The notes below the pieces were generated by a model. The model was not told where the DNA came from. It ran no database searches and saw only the letters and a program-made list of their open reading frames with translations. This document shows, piece by piece, positions 12,653 through 24,861 of a stretch of 64,000 nt of DNA. The number at the start of each line of letters is the position of its first letter. Position 1 is the stretch's first letter. A program made the translations under genes and the position numbers. This stretch comes from Octopus vulgaris. Taxonomy: Eukaryota. The stretch lies in assembly GCA_951406725.2 (NCBI GenBank), contig OX597831.1:47616001-47680000 (forward strand). The letters run 5' to 3'.

Positions 12653-13042
12653 AGTGGAGGCGCAATGGCCCAGTGGTTAGGGCAGCGGACTCGCGGTCAT
12701 AGGATCGCGGTTTCGATTCCCAGACCGGGCGTTGTGAGTGTTTATTGAGCGAAAACACCTAAAGCTCCACGAAGCTCCGGCAGGGGATGGTGGTGAACCC
12801 TGCTGTACTCTTTCACCACAACTTTCTCTCACTCTTACTTCCTGTTTCTGTTGTACCTGTATTTCAAAGAGCCAGCCTTGTCACTCTCTGTGTCACGCTG
12901 AATATCCTCGAGAACTACGTTAAGGGTACACGTGTCTGTGGAGTGCTCAGCAACTTACACGTTAATTTCACGAGCAGGCTGTTCCGTTGATTCGGATCAA
13001 CCGGAACTCTCATCGTCGTAACCGACGGAGTGCTTCTTCTTC
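12653..13042 (+). mobile_element. full-length tRNA(Arg)-like-headed SINE (family D; resembles the Octopus OR-type SINEs)
   Basis: A box TGGCCCAGTGG, B box GTTTCGATTCC; perfect 16-bp TSD TTATGCGTGCCTGCTA (12637-12652, 13043-13058); (CTT)n tail. Confidence 0.9.
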
Positions 13043-13562
13043 TTATGCGTGCCTGCTAGTGAACAAAGAATGTCAATGTCGACCTACGACGAAGAGCGGA
13101 AGAACACACACACTTGAAAATCCTCAGAATATATTGGGGACCGTCTGAAAATGTTGCAAATATGACAAAGTAGGGGTTGAATAGGGTTGGAACCAAAATG
13201 GAAGGGGTAAGGAAAAGAGAAAGTCGCGAATGGAACACTTAGGTTTGGATTTGAAATACTGGACAAAAATGTGATTAATTCGGTTATTAATAAAACGGTT
13301 AGTTCGGAGTGAATTAGATAATGATAAACGGTTTGATAAAACGGCTCCGTTCTTAAAATATTAACGTATGGCAATTTAAAAAAATAAAAAATTGTATTCA
13401 AGGGGAGTTAACTCTCATTGACAAATTTGAATCGTGTTGTGACTTAACGATATATATTTGTGTGTTGTAATGAAATACGTAGATTGTGAAAAGAAGAATT
13501 TAAATATGATGAAGGAATTTAATTAACTGAAGAATGAGTTGATTTAAAAGTTTAGAGAGTTG

Positions 13563-13719
13563 CTAGGTATGGCTGTGTAGTTAAGAAGCTCGTTTGTAAC
13601 CATGCGGTTTCGGGTTCAGTCCCACTGCGTGGCAATTTGAACAAATGTCTTCTACTATAGTTCCTGAGACGATCAATGCCCTGTAAGTGAATTTGGTGGA
13701 CGGAAACTGTGGAAACCCG

Positions 13720-13779
<60 letters not shown>

Positions 13780-14136
13780 GTGTGTTTGTGTGTGTGTGTG
13801 CGTGCGTGTGTGTGTGTGTTTCCCCACTCCTCTGCTTGACAACAGGTTTTGATTTGTTTATGTCCCGTAACCTAATAGTTCGGCAAATCCACGTACAACG
13901 TCTTGATCGACCCGAAGATAGAATAGAAGGTACTTACCCAAGGTGCCACTCTGTGGGACTGAACCTCGAACCATGCAGTTGAGAAGTAAGCTTCTACACA
14001 AAGCCACGCCGGTGCTTTTAAGTACCAGACATTTTTCTTTTCTCTTTTTTTTTTTTTTATAGTACCAGACTTTAAAAAAAAGTACTGGAGTCGGTGCTCC
14101 AGCATAGCCGCAGTTCAATTACCGAAATAAGTAAAA
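13563..14136 (+). mobile_element. SINE family C, interrupted by an inverted SINE head
   Basis: homology to family C; ~13935-14010 is a minus-strand head. Confidence 0.7.
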
Positions 14137-15239
14137 ATGTGAATATATTTAGAAGAAACATTTGTTTTTGTTTTTTTACAATTTGCTTTTGTTTTGTTTT
14201 TTTTTTCGTCTTTTTTTCCTAATAAATTCTACGAACAGCTATAATTTTGATGTGGTAATCATCTTGTGTGTTTAGCGATTAAGGTAAAGTCAATGAGTGT
14301 GAGAAGCGAAAGGACAAGTCAGCTGGAAAATACTTGGATGCCGAAGATGCAAGACCAGGCAGCTCTGAGAAACAGATTTGATTGTAACAGAGAAGAAGGT
14401 GAAAAAACCGAAAGTAGAAGCAGCATATCTGTGAGTTCAAATTTAGAGTATGTTGATCGCAGAGTTAACTAGTAGGGGAGCAAGAGTAACGACCGTGGAT
14501 CTTTTCTTTTTGACAGTCAGCATTTCAAAATGTTTGTAGAACGACCGTGCGAAAGGAGAAGTGACGAATGAATGACTTTTTTAAACACTACACAGTCGCC
14601 TTACAATAAAAGCCAAAATATGGATAAATGAATATGAGTGCCAGCAAGGAATAAGGAAGACGACACAACCGTAAAATGTTAAGTGAAAAGTTTTATTTAT
14701 GTAGTAGCAGAGTGTGTGTCTGTGTGTTCGACATAAGTACATATATAATAAGAACAATAATAATTGACAGGCCGTCATGCATACAATAAGTGTATGTGTG
14801 TACAAACAAGGGTGTATGAGTGTGAGATAAAATAGAGAGCTTAGAAAGAGTCAACAATCGGACGCTAGATGAATGTTCAGACACAAGTTGAAGATAAATA
14901 CCAGTTCGTAGTAAGGCACGCAATAGTAGACGTTCTGTAACAAAGAAGTTGAGTCAAAATGGCAGAGCCGGCTACTATACGTGTCGTGTAGAGGTTGTGG
15001 CTTCTATGCTGTGCTGGGTTACTTGGTACAGAAGGTTCCCGCAGGTTGAGCTAACTGTTAACCATGGTGAAGTATTCACAAACAGTGAGAAGTTAAACCT
15101 AAGCGAAGTTGCTGTTGGCGTCGTTAAGATGAAGGCGACGGTGGTGGAGGTCCGGAAATGCTGTTAGTGTTGGAACATGGCTGAGTGCTCTGTGGTCAGT
15201 GGTGAGAACCAAAGACATTCGATTCGATGAATCGCTGTG

Positions 15240-15366
15240 TTTTATAGCAAATTATAGGCTCAAACAGAGCATTTAGAAGACTGTGTCACGGGACCCTATC
15301 AGATGGTTGCGATTGGTTGGGTTGCATATTGGCGCGTAATACAGAAAGAGACAAACTGCGCCAAAA
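15240..15366 (-). promoter_or_regulatory. putative Pol II core promoter, minus strand
   Basis: TATAAAA (15246-15240), CCAAT boxes (15312-15316, 15328-15332), E2F-like TTGGCGCG (15329-15336) and TTTTGGCGC (15366-15358); non-repetitive, CpG-rich context; (GA)n just upstream. Confidence 0.5.
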
Positions 15367-15451
15367 CCAACCAGTCAGAGTAGTGGACACAACAGGGCCC
15401 AAGCGGCCGAAGGTTAGCTGTTATCTGCCACGTCCGTATTTATATTATATA

Positions 15452-15521
<70 letters not shown>

Positions 15522-15997
15522 TCACAAGCGTGTGCTACATGTTTATCGAGAATTTTAAAATTTGGCACATTAATGTCGTTTTCTATGCTGAATTGCTGGA
15601 GTTATTTCATTTTTTTCCGGAAAATATGTTTGAAAAAAGTTATAGCGGTTTAAAGTTTGATTATTTTCACCCAGTCAGGAACCAGGATTTGGAAGCTGTC
15701 ATTTGTGCGTAACTGCACATTTTGTCGTCGGCATCCTGAAAATAACACGTGTTATCAATATTTGTATCCTACATGCGGTAAACGAGTAACAACGCATTTT
15801 TTGTAGTTTGAAGCATTCAATATGCATTTAATGTGATAGCACGAACTTAAAAGATTTATAAAAAAAACCTTATTTAACTGTTATTTTTTGCATACCTCAC
15901 AACCACCTCAATAACAATAACAATAAAAAAAAAGCGACTAAACAAGTAGTTTTAAGCATTTTGTTGATCGGTTCATATATTCACATGCTCAATTGTC

Positions 15998-16645
15998 AAC
16001 AGATTGGTAAAACAAGTGGTTTCAATATACTTGTCAATATGTGCTTTCTCGCAGACAAAATAAGTCTCATGTTCCACTTGTTACTATGGAAACAGGCATG
16101 GATGTATCTGTGGCTTGTGATTGGCTAAAATTACCAAAATTTTCAAACTCTAATTGCCAATAACTCTTTATTTATTGATTTATAGCTAAAATGATTTTCA
16201 TGTCATTCATTAGCCTATAAAAGTGTACCATTACACTGAATATGAAATAAATTCGAACAGAATTAATGCTGGCAACCAAACCGACTAAATCCGGCATTTT
16301 AGGGGGTTAACGTAATCCACAGGTTTATTTAAGGAGAGGACACAGCTCTCAAATGGAACAAAGATAATAATTACAATTTTTACATCATTGTGTATCAAAA
16401 TGTGATGCGGGCAGAACAGATAGGTAAAACAAGTGGTTGCGGTTTCAATATATTTGTCAATACGTTGTTTCTCGTAGACAAAAGATTTCTCATGTTCCGC
16501 TTGTTACTCTGGAAACAGGCCTGAGTGTATCTCTGGCTTACGATTGGTTAAAATTACCAAAATTTTCAAACTTTAGTTGCTAATAACTCTTTATTTATTG
16601 ATTTATAGCTAAAATGAGTTTCACGTCATTCATTAGCCTATAAAA
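15998..16645. repeat. two ~225-bp diverged direct repeats from a DNA-transposon-like family
   Basis: 15998-16222 matches 16417-16645; a related reverse copy near 39700-39860; 15600-15720 resembles 37960-38085. Confidence 0.7.
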
Positions 16646-16881
16646 ATGGTGATTAGCGTGTGTGTCACGGCTAATAATGAGAAATAAGGTAATGATTCGT
16701 TCTATGTGAGTATACAAGAAAAATATCAGCATGTCGCTACACGTGACTAACGACCACTGGGACAGAGTGATAAAGACATGCTGACTTGTCGGCTTCAAAG
16801 CAGCAACTACCTTTGTTCTCTTAATTTTTCGCTCCAGTCACGGCTGGGTGGAAGTTGCTGTGTGTATCCTTCCGCCGCCAG

Positions 16882-17420
16882 CTCCGAGTGGGGCGGAGTA
16901 CAGCTATCGACTGAGTCAATAGTAGAAACTGACCCACCGAATTTCCTACCGAAAGAAGGTAAGAATTGCTTTCTCATCGTAGTAGCAATTGCGAGAGAGG
17001 TGATTTAGAAGACACGAATGAAAGGGTTAGTAACAGGTAATTTTATCTCTGGCCCTGGGTTGGTGAGTTTTTTCACCTTTCATCTAAGAAGGAAAATAGG
17101 GCTAGAGAGAAAATGCCTGTCCGCGAAAATGTTTCAAGATCGATGGAAGAATGTCGCACGAATGTTGCGTATGGATGGGACCGCATGAATACAACTCAGG
17201 ATGTACCTAAAGCATCAGTGGTGAGGCGGGGCTCGTGGTGTCCGAGCATATCCCGCCTCCCCACTCCATTTTGTAATGTTGTCTTGTTATCATTCGAACT
17301 CTTGATATTTATATAAAATTTTTAAATTCATCTTTATGTCAGTTCATACGTTAAATCTGACCCCATATCAGATTGTACTGTTCCCTCTGTGTTGTACCCT
17401 TGAGGGAAATAAAAAAAAAT
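16882..17420 (+). mobile_element. Tx1/L1-like LINE 3' fragment (ORF2 C-terminus, UTR, tail)
   Basis: GVQLSTESIV..FLIVVAIAREVI*KTRMKGL..FHLRRKIGLERKCLS..FQDRWKNVARM aligns by eye with 43023-43334; tail CCCTTGAGGGAAATAAAA. Confidence 0.75.
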
Positions 17421-17603
17421 GCGAAATGTTTAACGGTATTTCGTCTGTATTTCGTTCTGAGTTCAAATTCCGCCGAGGTCGACTTCGCCTTTCAGCCTTT
17501 CGGAGTCGATAAATTAAGTATCAGTTGCGTACTGGGGTCGATCTAATCGACTGGCCCCCTCCCTCAAAATTTCAGGCCTTGCGCCTAGAGTAGAAAAGAA
17601 TAA
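17421..17603 (+). mobile_element. SINE family B (head/core shared with A, different tail)
   Basis: core GTTCAAATTCCGCCGAGGTCGAC; tail CAAAATTTCAGGCCTTGCGCCTAGAGTAGAAAAG. Confidence 0.8.
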
Positions 17604-18939
17604 TACATATGTATATTTGTATATTAGGCGTGGTTTTCTTGAAAGGACGAAGCTCTTGAAAGACAGAAACCTGCAGTACATGCTTTATCACCACAGTCCG
17701 TACCATTCGAGACAGACAATCCTTAAAGATAAATAAAAAGGATAAAATCTATTGTCTTCTTGAAACACTTCATTTTCTTCTTCAATCAATCATTTTGTGT
17801 TTATCATTATCAACTAAACAAACGTCTGCATCAATATCACCATTTTCTAACTTTCTCTCACTCCTTCTTTCTCTCTCCTCTTCTAATCGGAAGCGGCTGT
17901 CATATGCAGACTTAAACAGCACCCGGCAAAAATGCATATACTGTAAAGATAATGTCTTCTAAATGCAACGAAAACCTGACAGCATAGCAATATATACTAA
18001 ACAACACTAAATGCTAAATATTGTTAATCTCCTAGTAACGAAAAATCTCCATCTACAAAATGACAAGCAACACGGGCGTTGACAGAATCGTTTAAGTATC
18101 AGATGAAGTTCTGAGTTCCAATCCAGTCGAATTCCTTTTCGTTTTTCTCCATTCAAGCTCTGTGGTCTGTTTGTATCACTCTAGTTCAGTGGTTCTCAAC
18201 CATGTTTTGCCTATGGACCTCTTTGATTTCTATTTTACTCACATGGACTCACATAGCTGTTCGATGTATATAAACAAAATCCTGCTGTATTTTTGTAATT
18301 AAATATTATTGGGAATTGTATTAAAAAATTGTTAAAATATTTTGTGTATTGTACAAGTATAAATAACTTTATTGTATATAAATTTTAACAACAAAATCTT
18401 GTATGGATGATTATTTTATTTCTTACCAGTTTCAGAAAAAAAATGGTAGGCATCGGCCATTCTTCTTTTAATCACAAAAAGACAACGAAGCTGTAATGTG
18501 GTTTAAGTTACATTTCTTTACGTTTTGAGCCAAAATCCAGCAGAGGCTGACTCTGATTTTCATCATTCTAGGTTCGATAAATTAACAATTAATGAAGTAT
18601 TGGGTTGTAATAATCGATTATATCTTCTACTCTGAAAATGATCCTGGTGGTGGTCACAGCAGAGACAGACAGTGTGGACTTGATTAATGAACAATAATTG
18701 TATAACCTGTCACATGGTCGGGTTGTGGGCTGCTAAGCCGGTGACCTCACCAAGCTTGCTTGGTGAGGAGGGTGGTCATTGGACACCCTACGGGATGAAA
18801 AAACAAGTCTGTCATGAGAGTCAATGGCCATCCAATTGATGTCTGCTTTTCATTAGTTTCGTGGCATACTTGCACCAGCTGTTGCTATCAGCAATACAAG
18901 AATGTGTGAATGGTCCCACACAAGCCATTAATGCTTTGT

Positions 18940-19400
18940 ATTTATCATTAAAGACATGCATCATAGAATAGTGTTTGGTGTTACTGAAACTACTGATATG
19001 GTTGCTACTTTTTGGTTGAACGTGTTTCGTTGTTTGTTTTGGCTAAGTGAGAGAGTTAGTGATTTTACAATGGCTTTGTAGCTGTGTACTGCGGTTGCTC
19101 TATGTGTTTCTATTTTTTTTGGTGGAGGTTATTGTGCATGTAGTTGAAAGGACCAAAAGGGATTGAGCTTGTTATGACAGCAGGTAGTATTTCTAGTGTG
19201 TCGAGGTAAACTTAATTTGTAATATTTTTGTTTTATTGCAACATCATTTGCATGTGAAGCTTGCAGGCAACATGTGACGACTTGATGCATGTTGTTATGA
19301 CTTATTTCAATTTTATTAAAGGAAAAAAAGAAGAGATAGTTACCATGGATTTTGTAGGACCTCTCAAACTGGTGAGATTGATAGGATCGTCTCTAAACCA
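18940..19400. repeat. old interspersed repeat with a second copy at ~28970-29415
   Basis: shared blocks such as AGAATAGTGTTTGG, TAATATTTTTGTTT and ATAGTTACCATG..TTTTGTAGG. Confidence 0.6.
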
Positions 19401-20013
19401 ATTTCTCCCAAACGGTGCACTTCAAAGTGTATCTAGTTGTGTTTGGGGACTTTAGAAAATCCACAATAATGACTGAAAAACAAGCTCTTCATAATTTTAT
19501 AACACACAATTATAATTAATAAAACAAGGAAACAATAGTTTATTTATTATTTTTTTTTATTTATGCGCCCTTTTCATACCTAGCCAGGCTCATGGGCCCG
19601 GTTTCCCGGTTTCTGTGGCGTATGCGTTCCCCCAGCTAAACGGGACGCCGGTCCATCGCAGCGTTACTCAAGAAACAGTGAGAGAAAGTTGGGGCAAAAG
19701 AGTACAACAGGGGTCGCCACCACCCACTGCCGGAGCCTCGTGGAGCTTTAGATGTTTTCGCTCAGTAAACACACACAACACCCGGTCTGGGAATCGGAAC
19801 CGCGAATCCTACGAGATCAAACCCTGCCGTCGACTATTTATTTTATCCTTTCGGGTCGATTAAATAAACACCAGTCAAGTGCTAGGGTTAATGTAATCGA
19901 CTTACCCCTTTCCCTGAAAACTGCTGACCTCATACCAAAATTTGAAGCAATTCTATTATCGGAATCATTTATATGTATACCGTGTAGTTTAGTTGTAGGT
20001 AAGTGTTTATATA

Positions 20014-21523
20014 CGAGGATCAGCTGAAAAGTTCATAGCCCAACTAAGATACTCTCATGGAAGTTTATTTTTCAACATAGTTCCTCTTGCGGTCCACACG
20101 CTTCTGCCATACGTGTTGCAGTGTTTGGATCTCATTGGCGAAGATCATTTCATCTTATTGATAAAAAAAAAGTCACCAGCAGCAGATATGACGTTACTAT
20201 CACTGCAATACTGGTTCCCAGCCAAGTGTTTGTTCATGTTGGGGGACAGATGATAGTCAGATGAGGCCAAATCAGGAGAATAGGGACAGTGATCAAATAT
20301 TTCAAAGCCACAGTCATGCGCATCAGTCACTGAAATCAAGAACTTATATACTGGAGCATTGTTCTGATGAAACAAAACACCTTTCGTCAGTCTTCTGGGG
20401 CGTTTGGTCGTGATAGCTTTTCGTAACTGCCTCAGCAAGTCAGCATAGTTCTCTCTATTGATGATGCGGCTCTTTTGAAGTAGTCAATAAACACATTGAC
20501 TTTTGCATCCACAAAACAGAGGCCATCACCTTCCCTGCAGGAGAAACGACCCTGGCCTTCATTGAAGCAGTTGAGTGGAGTGATTCCACTGCATAGATTG
20601 TCTCTTTGTCTCTGGCTCAAAGTGATGAAGCCAACACTCATCCCGGTTTAGGAAATGTTCACGGTAACTAGATGGATCTGCCTCAAACAATATCAAAATT
20701 TTCCGTGATGTGATTAGCCTGGTGCGCTTTTGATCAGGTGTCAGAAGACGTGGAGACCACCAAGCCGAAACCTTCGTTATGCTAAGTTCATTGTGTAGAA
20801 TATTTTCAACTCTCTCATGGGATGTACTAATAGCATTGGCTATTTGATTTTATAGCCAATCGCCAGTCATCCATCACCATGTGGTGAACGCAAACGAGGT
20901 TTTCCTCGGTATGGCAGTAGCAGAACTTCTAGACCTTGGGTCATCTTAAGACTCTCCATTCCCCTTCTAAATTCAGCTGCCCAGTTTTGCACTGTTGATA
21001 AAGCTGAAATGTCATCCTCTGATGTAGCAACAATGTCAGCATGGATGCCATTAGGGGCTAAACCCTGTTTCTTATTTCTTTACTGCCCACAAATGGCTAC
21101 ACATAGAGGGGACAAACAAGGACAGACAAACGGATTAAGTTGATTATATCAACCCCAGTGTGTAACTGGTGCTTAATTTATCGACCCCGAAAGGATGAAA
21201 GGCAAAGTCGACCTCGGCAGAATTTGAACTCAGAACGTAACGGCAGACGAAATACGGCTACGCATTTCGCCCGGCGTGCTAACGTTTCTACCAGCTCGCC
21301 GTTTAAACCCTGTTTCTGTAGGTACTTGACAACACCACGATGCCAAATTTTGTCCATTTTCAAGAGAAATCGCTCCTATTTACCTTTGAAGTCAGATGTC
21401 AGTTCACCTGAAAAGAAACAATGCAATTATCAATAAGAAGTGTTGAAATTAATGCCTGCAAGTTTTTACAGCTCTGGCATCACTCCTTCCTTGTCAGCCC
21501 ATGCACTTTTCAGCCCACCCTCG
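20014..21523 (-). mobile_element. full-length decayed mariner element
   Basis: TIRs CGAGGATCAGCTGAAAAGTTCAT / ATGCACTTTTCAGCCCACCCTCG; transposase fragments MDKIWHRGVVKYLQKQGL, FHQNNAP, YSPDLASSDYHL; frameshifted and SINE-interrupted. Confidence 0.9.
21073..21303 (-). mobile_element. full-length SINE family A inserted in the mariner ORF
   Basis: 14-bp TSD TAAACCCTGTTTCT (21059-21072, 21304-21317). Confidence 0.9.
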
Positions 21524-22397
21524 CAGAAAAAGTTTTCTGTTAAATTACACTGCTAGGAGGTTTTGTATATGTAAACTCATGGTATATCACTGCTGACACG
21601 CACATCATAGATTCGCTATCCCTAATTAGGATAAACACGAGTTTTTGAGATGTTTCTGTTCGTGGGTGGACAAGAGACTGAAACATGCAAGATGGAAATT
21701 ATAAGCTGGAGTGAAATATAGTAATGTAGGCTATATAGGGATATCACACAACATAATATACGTTGTACAGGTTAAGTAGCTCTGTTATAGGTTACACAGG
21801 TGCGATATATTTATTTGCTGATATATTATGTAGATTATGCAACTATAATACGTCACAGGTATTATTTTTATATGTGTACATCCTCTTGATGCTTGATGTT
21901 AAGATCTTAGATGAGCGTTCTCAAGTACTTCACCACCAGCATGTGGTTATAATAAATATTTTTGTATCTTCTGTTTAATGATAGAGAGTGCAATTCAAGT
22001 TACTATGTTATCGAATGATTTTATTAGTTTATTACCTAAGGAAAAGTTATTTAGGTATAATATAACGTGATGGAAAATACGCAATATCTTAATAGAGGCT
22101 ATGTAGATATGTTTGTGCTGTAAGCTGCTGCCGAATGATAGCGATCGGCGGTTTATTAAAATTCATATTACAGAATGAAAGATGGAAGGTAAAAAATTTA
22201 ATCGTATTTGAATTTGAATTTAGATCGCACGCATTTGATAAGCCGGGGTCTTTCCTGTTTCTGCCCGCTCATAGCCCCAGAACAAAATTGTGAGGTGTGT
22301 AGAAACCGCATAGAGGATTGCGGTTATAGTAATTTAACACTAATATCTAGGTATCAATTTGATACGATTTGGATCACAACATTAAAATTAGAAGGTA

Positions 22398-22768
22398 AGG
22401 CGGCGAGCTCGGGCGAAAAGCTATGCAGTATTTCGTCTGCCGCTACGTTCTGAGTTCAATTTCCGCCGAGGTCGACTTTGCCTTTCATCCTTTCGGGGTC
22501 GATTAAATAAGTACCAGTTACGCACTGGGGTCGATATAATCGACTTAATCCATTTGTCTGTCCTTGTTTTTCCTGCCTGTGTTTAGCCCCTTGTGGGTAG
22601 TATTTCGCCTGTCTTTACGTTCTGAGTTCAAATTCTGCCGAGGGCGACTTTGCTTTTCATCCTCTCGGGGTCGATAAATTAAGTACCAGTTGTGTACTGA
22701 GGTCGATCTAATCGACTGGCCCACCTCCCCCAAAATTTCGGGCCTTGTGCCTAGAGTAGAAAACATTA
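22398..22768 (+). mobile_element. SINE A + SINE B tandem/nested pair
   Basis: A tail joins directly to GTATTTCG of the B body at ~22600. Confidence 0.8.
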
Positions 22769-23367
22769 AGTTTAGAAGGTGTGTATAATCATGAAGGCTT
22801 TTTGTTGTTATTTTTAAGTGTAAGATGGCGATCAGGTAGAATCGTTAGTGCGTGGAGAAAATGCTAAGCAACATATCATCTAGTTGTTTCTGTTATGAGT
22901 TCAAACGCAGTCGACTTTATCTTTCGTTTTTTCGAGGTCGATGAAATAAGTAGCAGGTGAAGACAAAGACAGGGGACAATGGGATCGACTTACTTTCCTC
23001 TCTTAAAATTCCTTGAAATTGCTGGCCTTGGGCCAAAATTTGAAACCATTATCATTTTAAAGCGTTGCTAACTATTACGAATTACTAACGATACTCTGTC
23101 GACGAACCAAAACTCTTTCTCCATGGCACAGTGAAGAACAGATCCAGATAGCTGTGAGCTTGGGTTCGAGCAGTAGTCGACCAAAATATACTGGGGATTC
23201 CGCGTTAACATTCACCTTTGGTGTTGCTCTGTGGTAGGATTCCTAGTTTTCTGATTGTGTTTTATCTCGTGACACTTGGCTCTAACTTGAGCATATACAA
23301 TAAAACCGAGGTTTACCATTCTAAATACATAATAATAATATATTAAAATATATGTGGTACAATGCTG

Positions 23368-23592
23368 GAGCTGGCAGAATTGTTAGCACGCCGGGCGAAA
23401 TGCGTAGCCGTATTTCGTCTGCCGTTACGTTCTGAGTTCAAATTCCGCCGAGGTCGACTTTGCTTTTCATCCTTTCGGGGTCGATAAATTAAGTACCAGT
23501 TATGCACTGGGGTCAGTGTAATTGACTTGATCCTTTTGTCTGTCCTTGTTTGTCCCCTCTGTGTTTAGCCCCTTGTGGGTAGTAAAGAAATA
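23368..23592 (+). mobile_element. SINE family A, near full length
   Basis: 12-bp TSD GGTACAATGCTG (23356-23367, 23593-23604). Confidence 0.9.
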
Positions 23593-23639
23593 GGTACAAT
23601 GCTGTCAGTGTAATCAAATAATACAATTATCTAGGTATA

Positions 23640-24222
23640 ATCCTTTTTACTATAGGTACAAAGCCTGAAATTTGTGGGGAGGAGGCCAGTCAATTAGATC
23701 GACCCCAGTACGCAACTGATGCTTAATTTATCGATTAACTGGTGCTTAATTTATCGAAAGGATGAAAGGAGAAGTCGACCTCGGCGGAATTTGAACTCAC
23801 AACGTAAAGACAGATGAAATACCTATTTCTTTACTACCTACAAGGGGCTGAACACAGAGAGGACAAACAAGGACAGACAGATGGATTAAGTCGATTATAT
23901 CGACCCTAGTGCGTAACTGGTACTTATTTAATCGACCCCGAAAGGATGAAAGGCAAAGTCGACCTCGGCGGAATTTGAACTCAGAACGTAGCGGCAGACG
24001 AAATACCTATTTCTTTACTACCAACAAGGGGCTAAACACAGAGGACAAACAAGGACAGACAAACGGATTAAGTCGATTATATCGACCTCAGTGCGTAACC
24101 GGTACTTATTTAATCGACCCCGAAAGTCGACCTCGGCGGAAATTGAACTCAGAACGTAGCGGCAGACGAAATATTGCTAAGCATTTCGCCCGGCGTGCTA
24201 ACGATTCTGCCAGCTCGCCGCC
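23640..24222 (-). mobile_element. A-A-B nested SINE array
   Basis: two junctions AAAGAAATA|GGTATTTC on the minus strand at ~24007 and ~23823. Confidence 0.8.
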
Positions 24223-24503
24223 TTATTATCTACGTATAATAAAACCTATGACCAGCTGGTACACATTTCATCGACTCCGAAAGGATGAAAGGCAAAGTTG
24301 ACCTCGGTAAAATTTGAACCCGGAACGGACAAAATGTCGCTAAACATTTTGCCTGGCGCGCTAACGATTCTGTCAGTTCGCCGCATTTCCTTGCCCGAAA
24401 TATTAGTTCTTTTTTCTCTTTTTATATCTTCACCACATCTCTCGAAAGTTTTCTGGTGTAACATTTCTTTATTTCAAATAAAGTGATTCAATCTACTACA
24501 CTA

Positions 24504-24861
24504 CAGTGGAGGTGCAATGGTCCAGTGGTTAGGGCAGCGGACTCGCGGTCGTAGGATCGCGGTTTCGATTCCCAGAGTGAGTGTTTATTGAGCGAAAACA
24601 CCACGAGGCTCCGGCAGGGGGTGGTGGCGAGACCTGCTGTACTCTTTCACCACAACGTTCTCTCTTTCTTCCTGTTTCTGTTGTACCTGTATTTCAAAGG
24701 ATCAGCCTTGTCACACTCTGTGTCACGCTGAATCTCCCCGAGAACTACGTTAAGAGCACACGTGTCTGTGGAATGCTCAGCCACTTTATGTTAATTTCAC
24801 GAGCAGGCTGCTCCGTTGATTAAATCATCTGGAAACCTCGTCGTCGTAACCGACGGAGTGC
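24504..24861 (+). mobile_element. SINE family D
   Basis: homology to 12653-13042 with small deletions. Confidence 0.85.

Noticed and set aside
12655-12730. tRNA-Arg gene (also 24505 and 2408)
   Set aside because: Continues into a SINE body with tail and, at 12653, a TSD; no clean cloverleaf
14912-14935. miR-124 gene
   Set aside because: Only the first 10 nt match and there is no hairpin partner
16885-16965. GC box GGGGCGGAG plus donor-like AAG|GTAAG as a promoter and first exon
   Set aside because: Lies inside the Tx1-like ORF2 remnant homologous to 43023-43334
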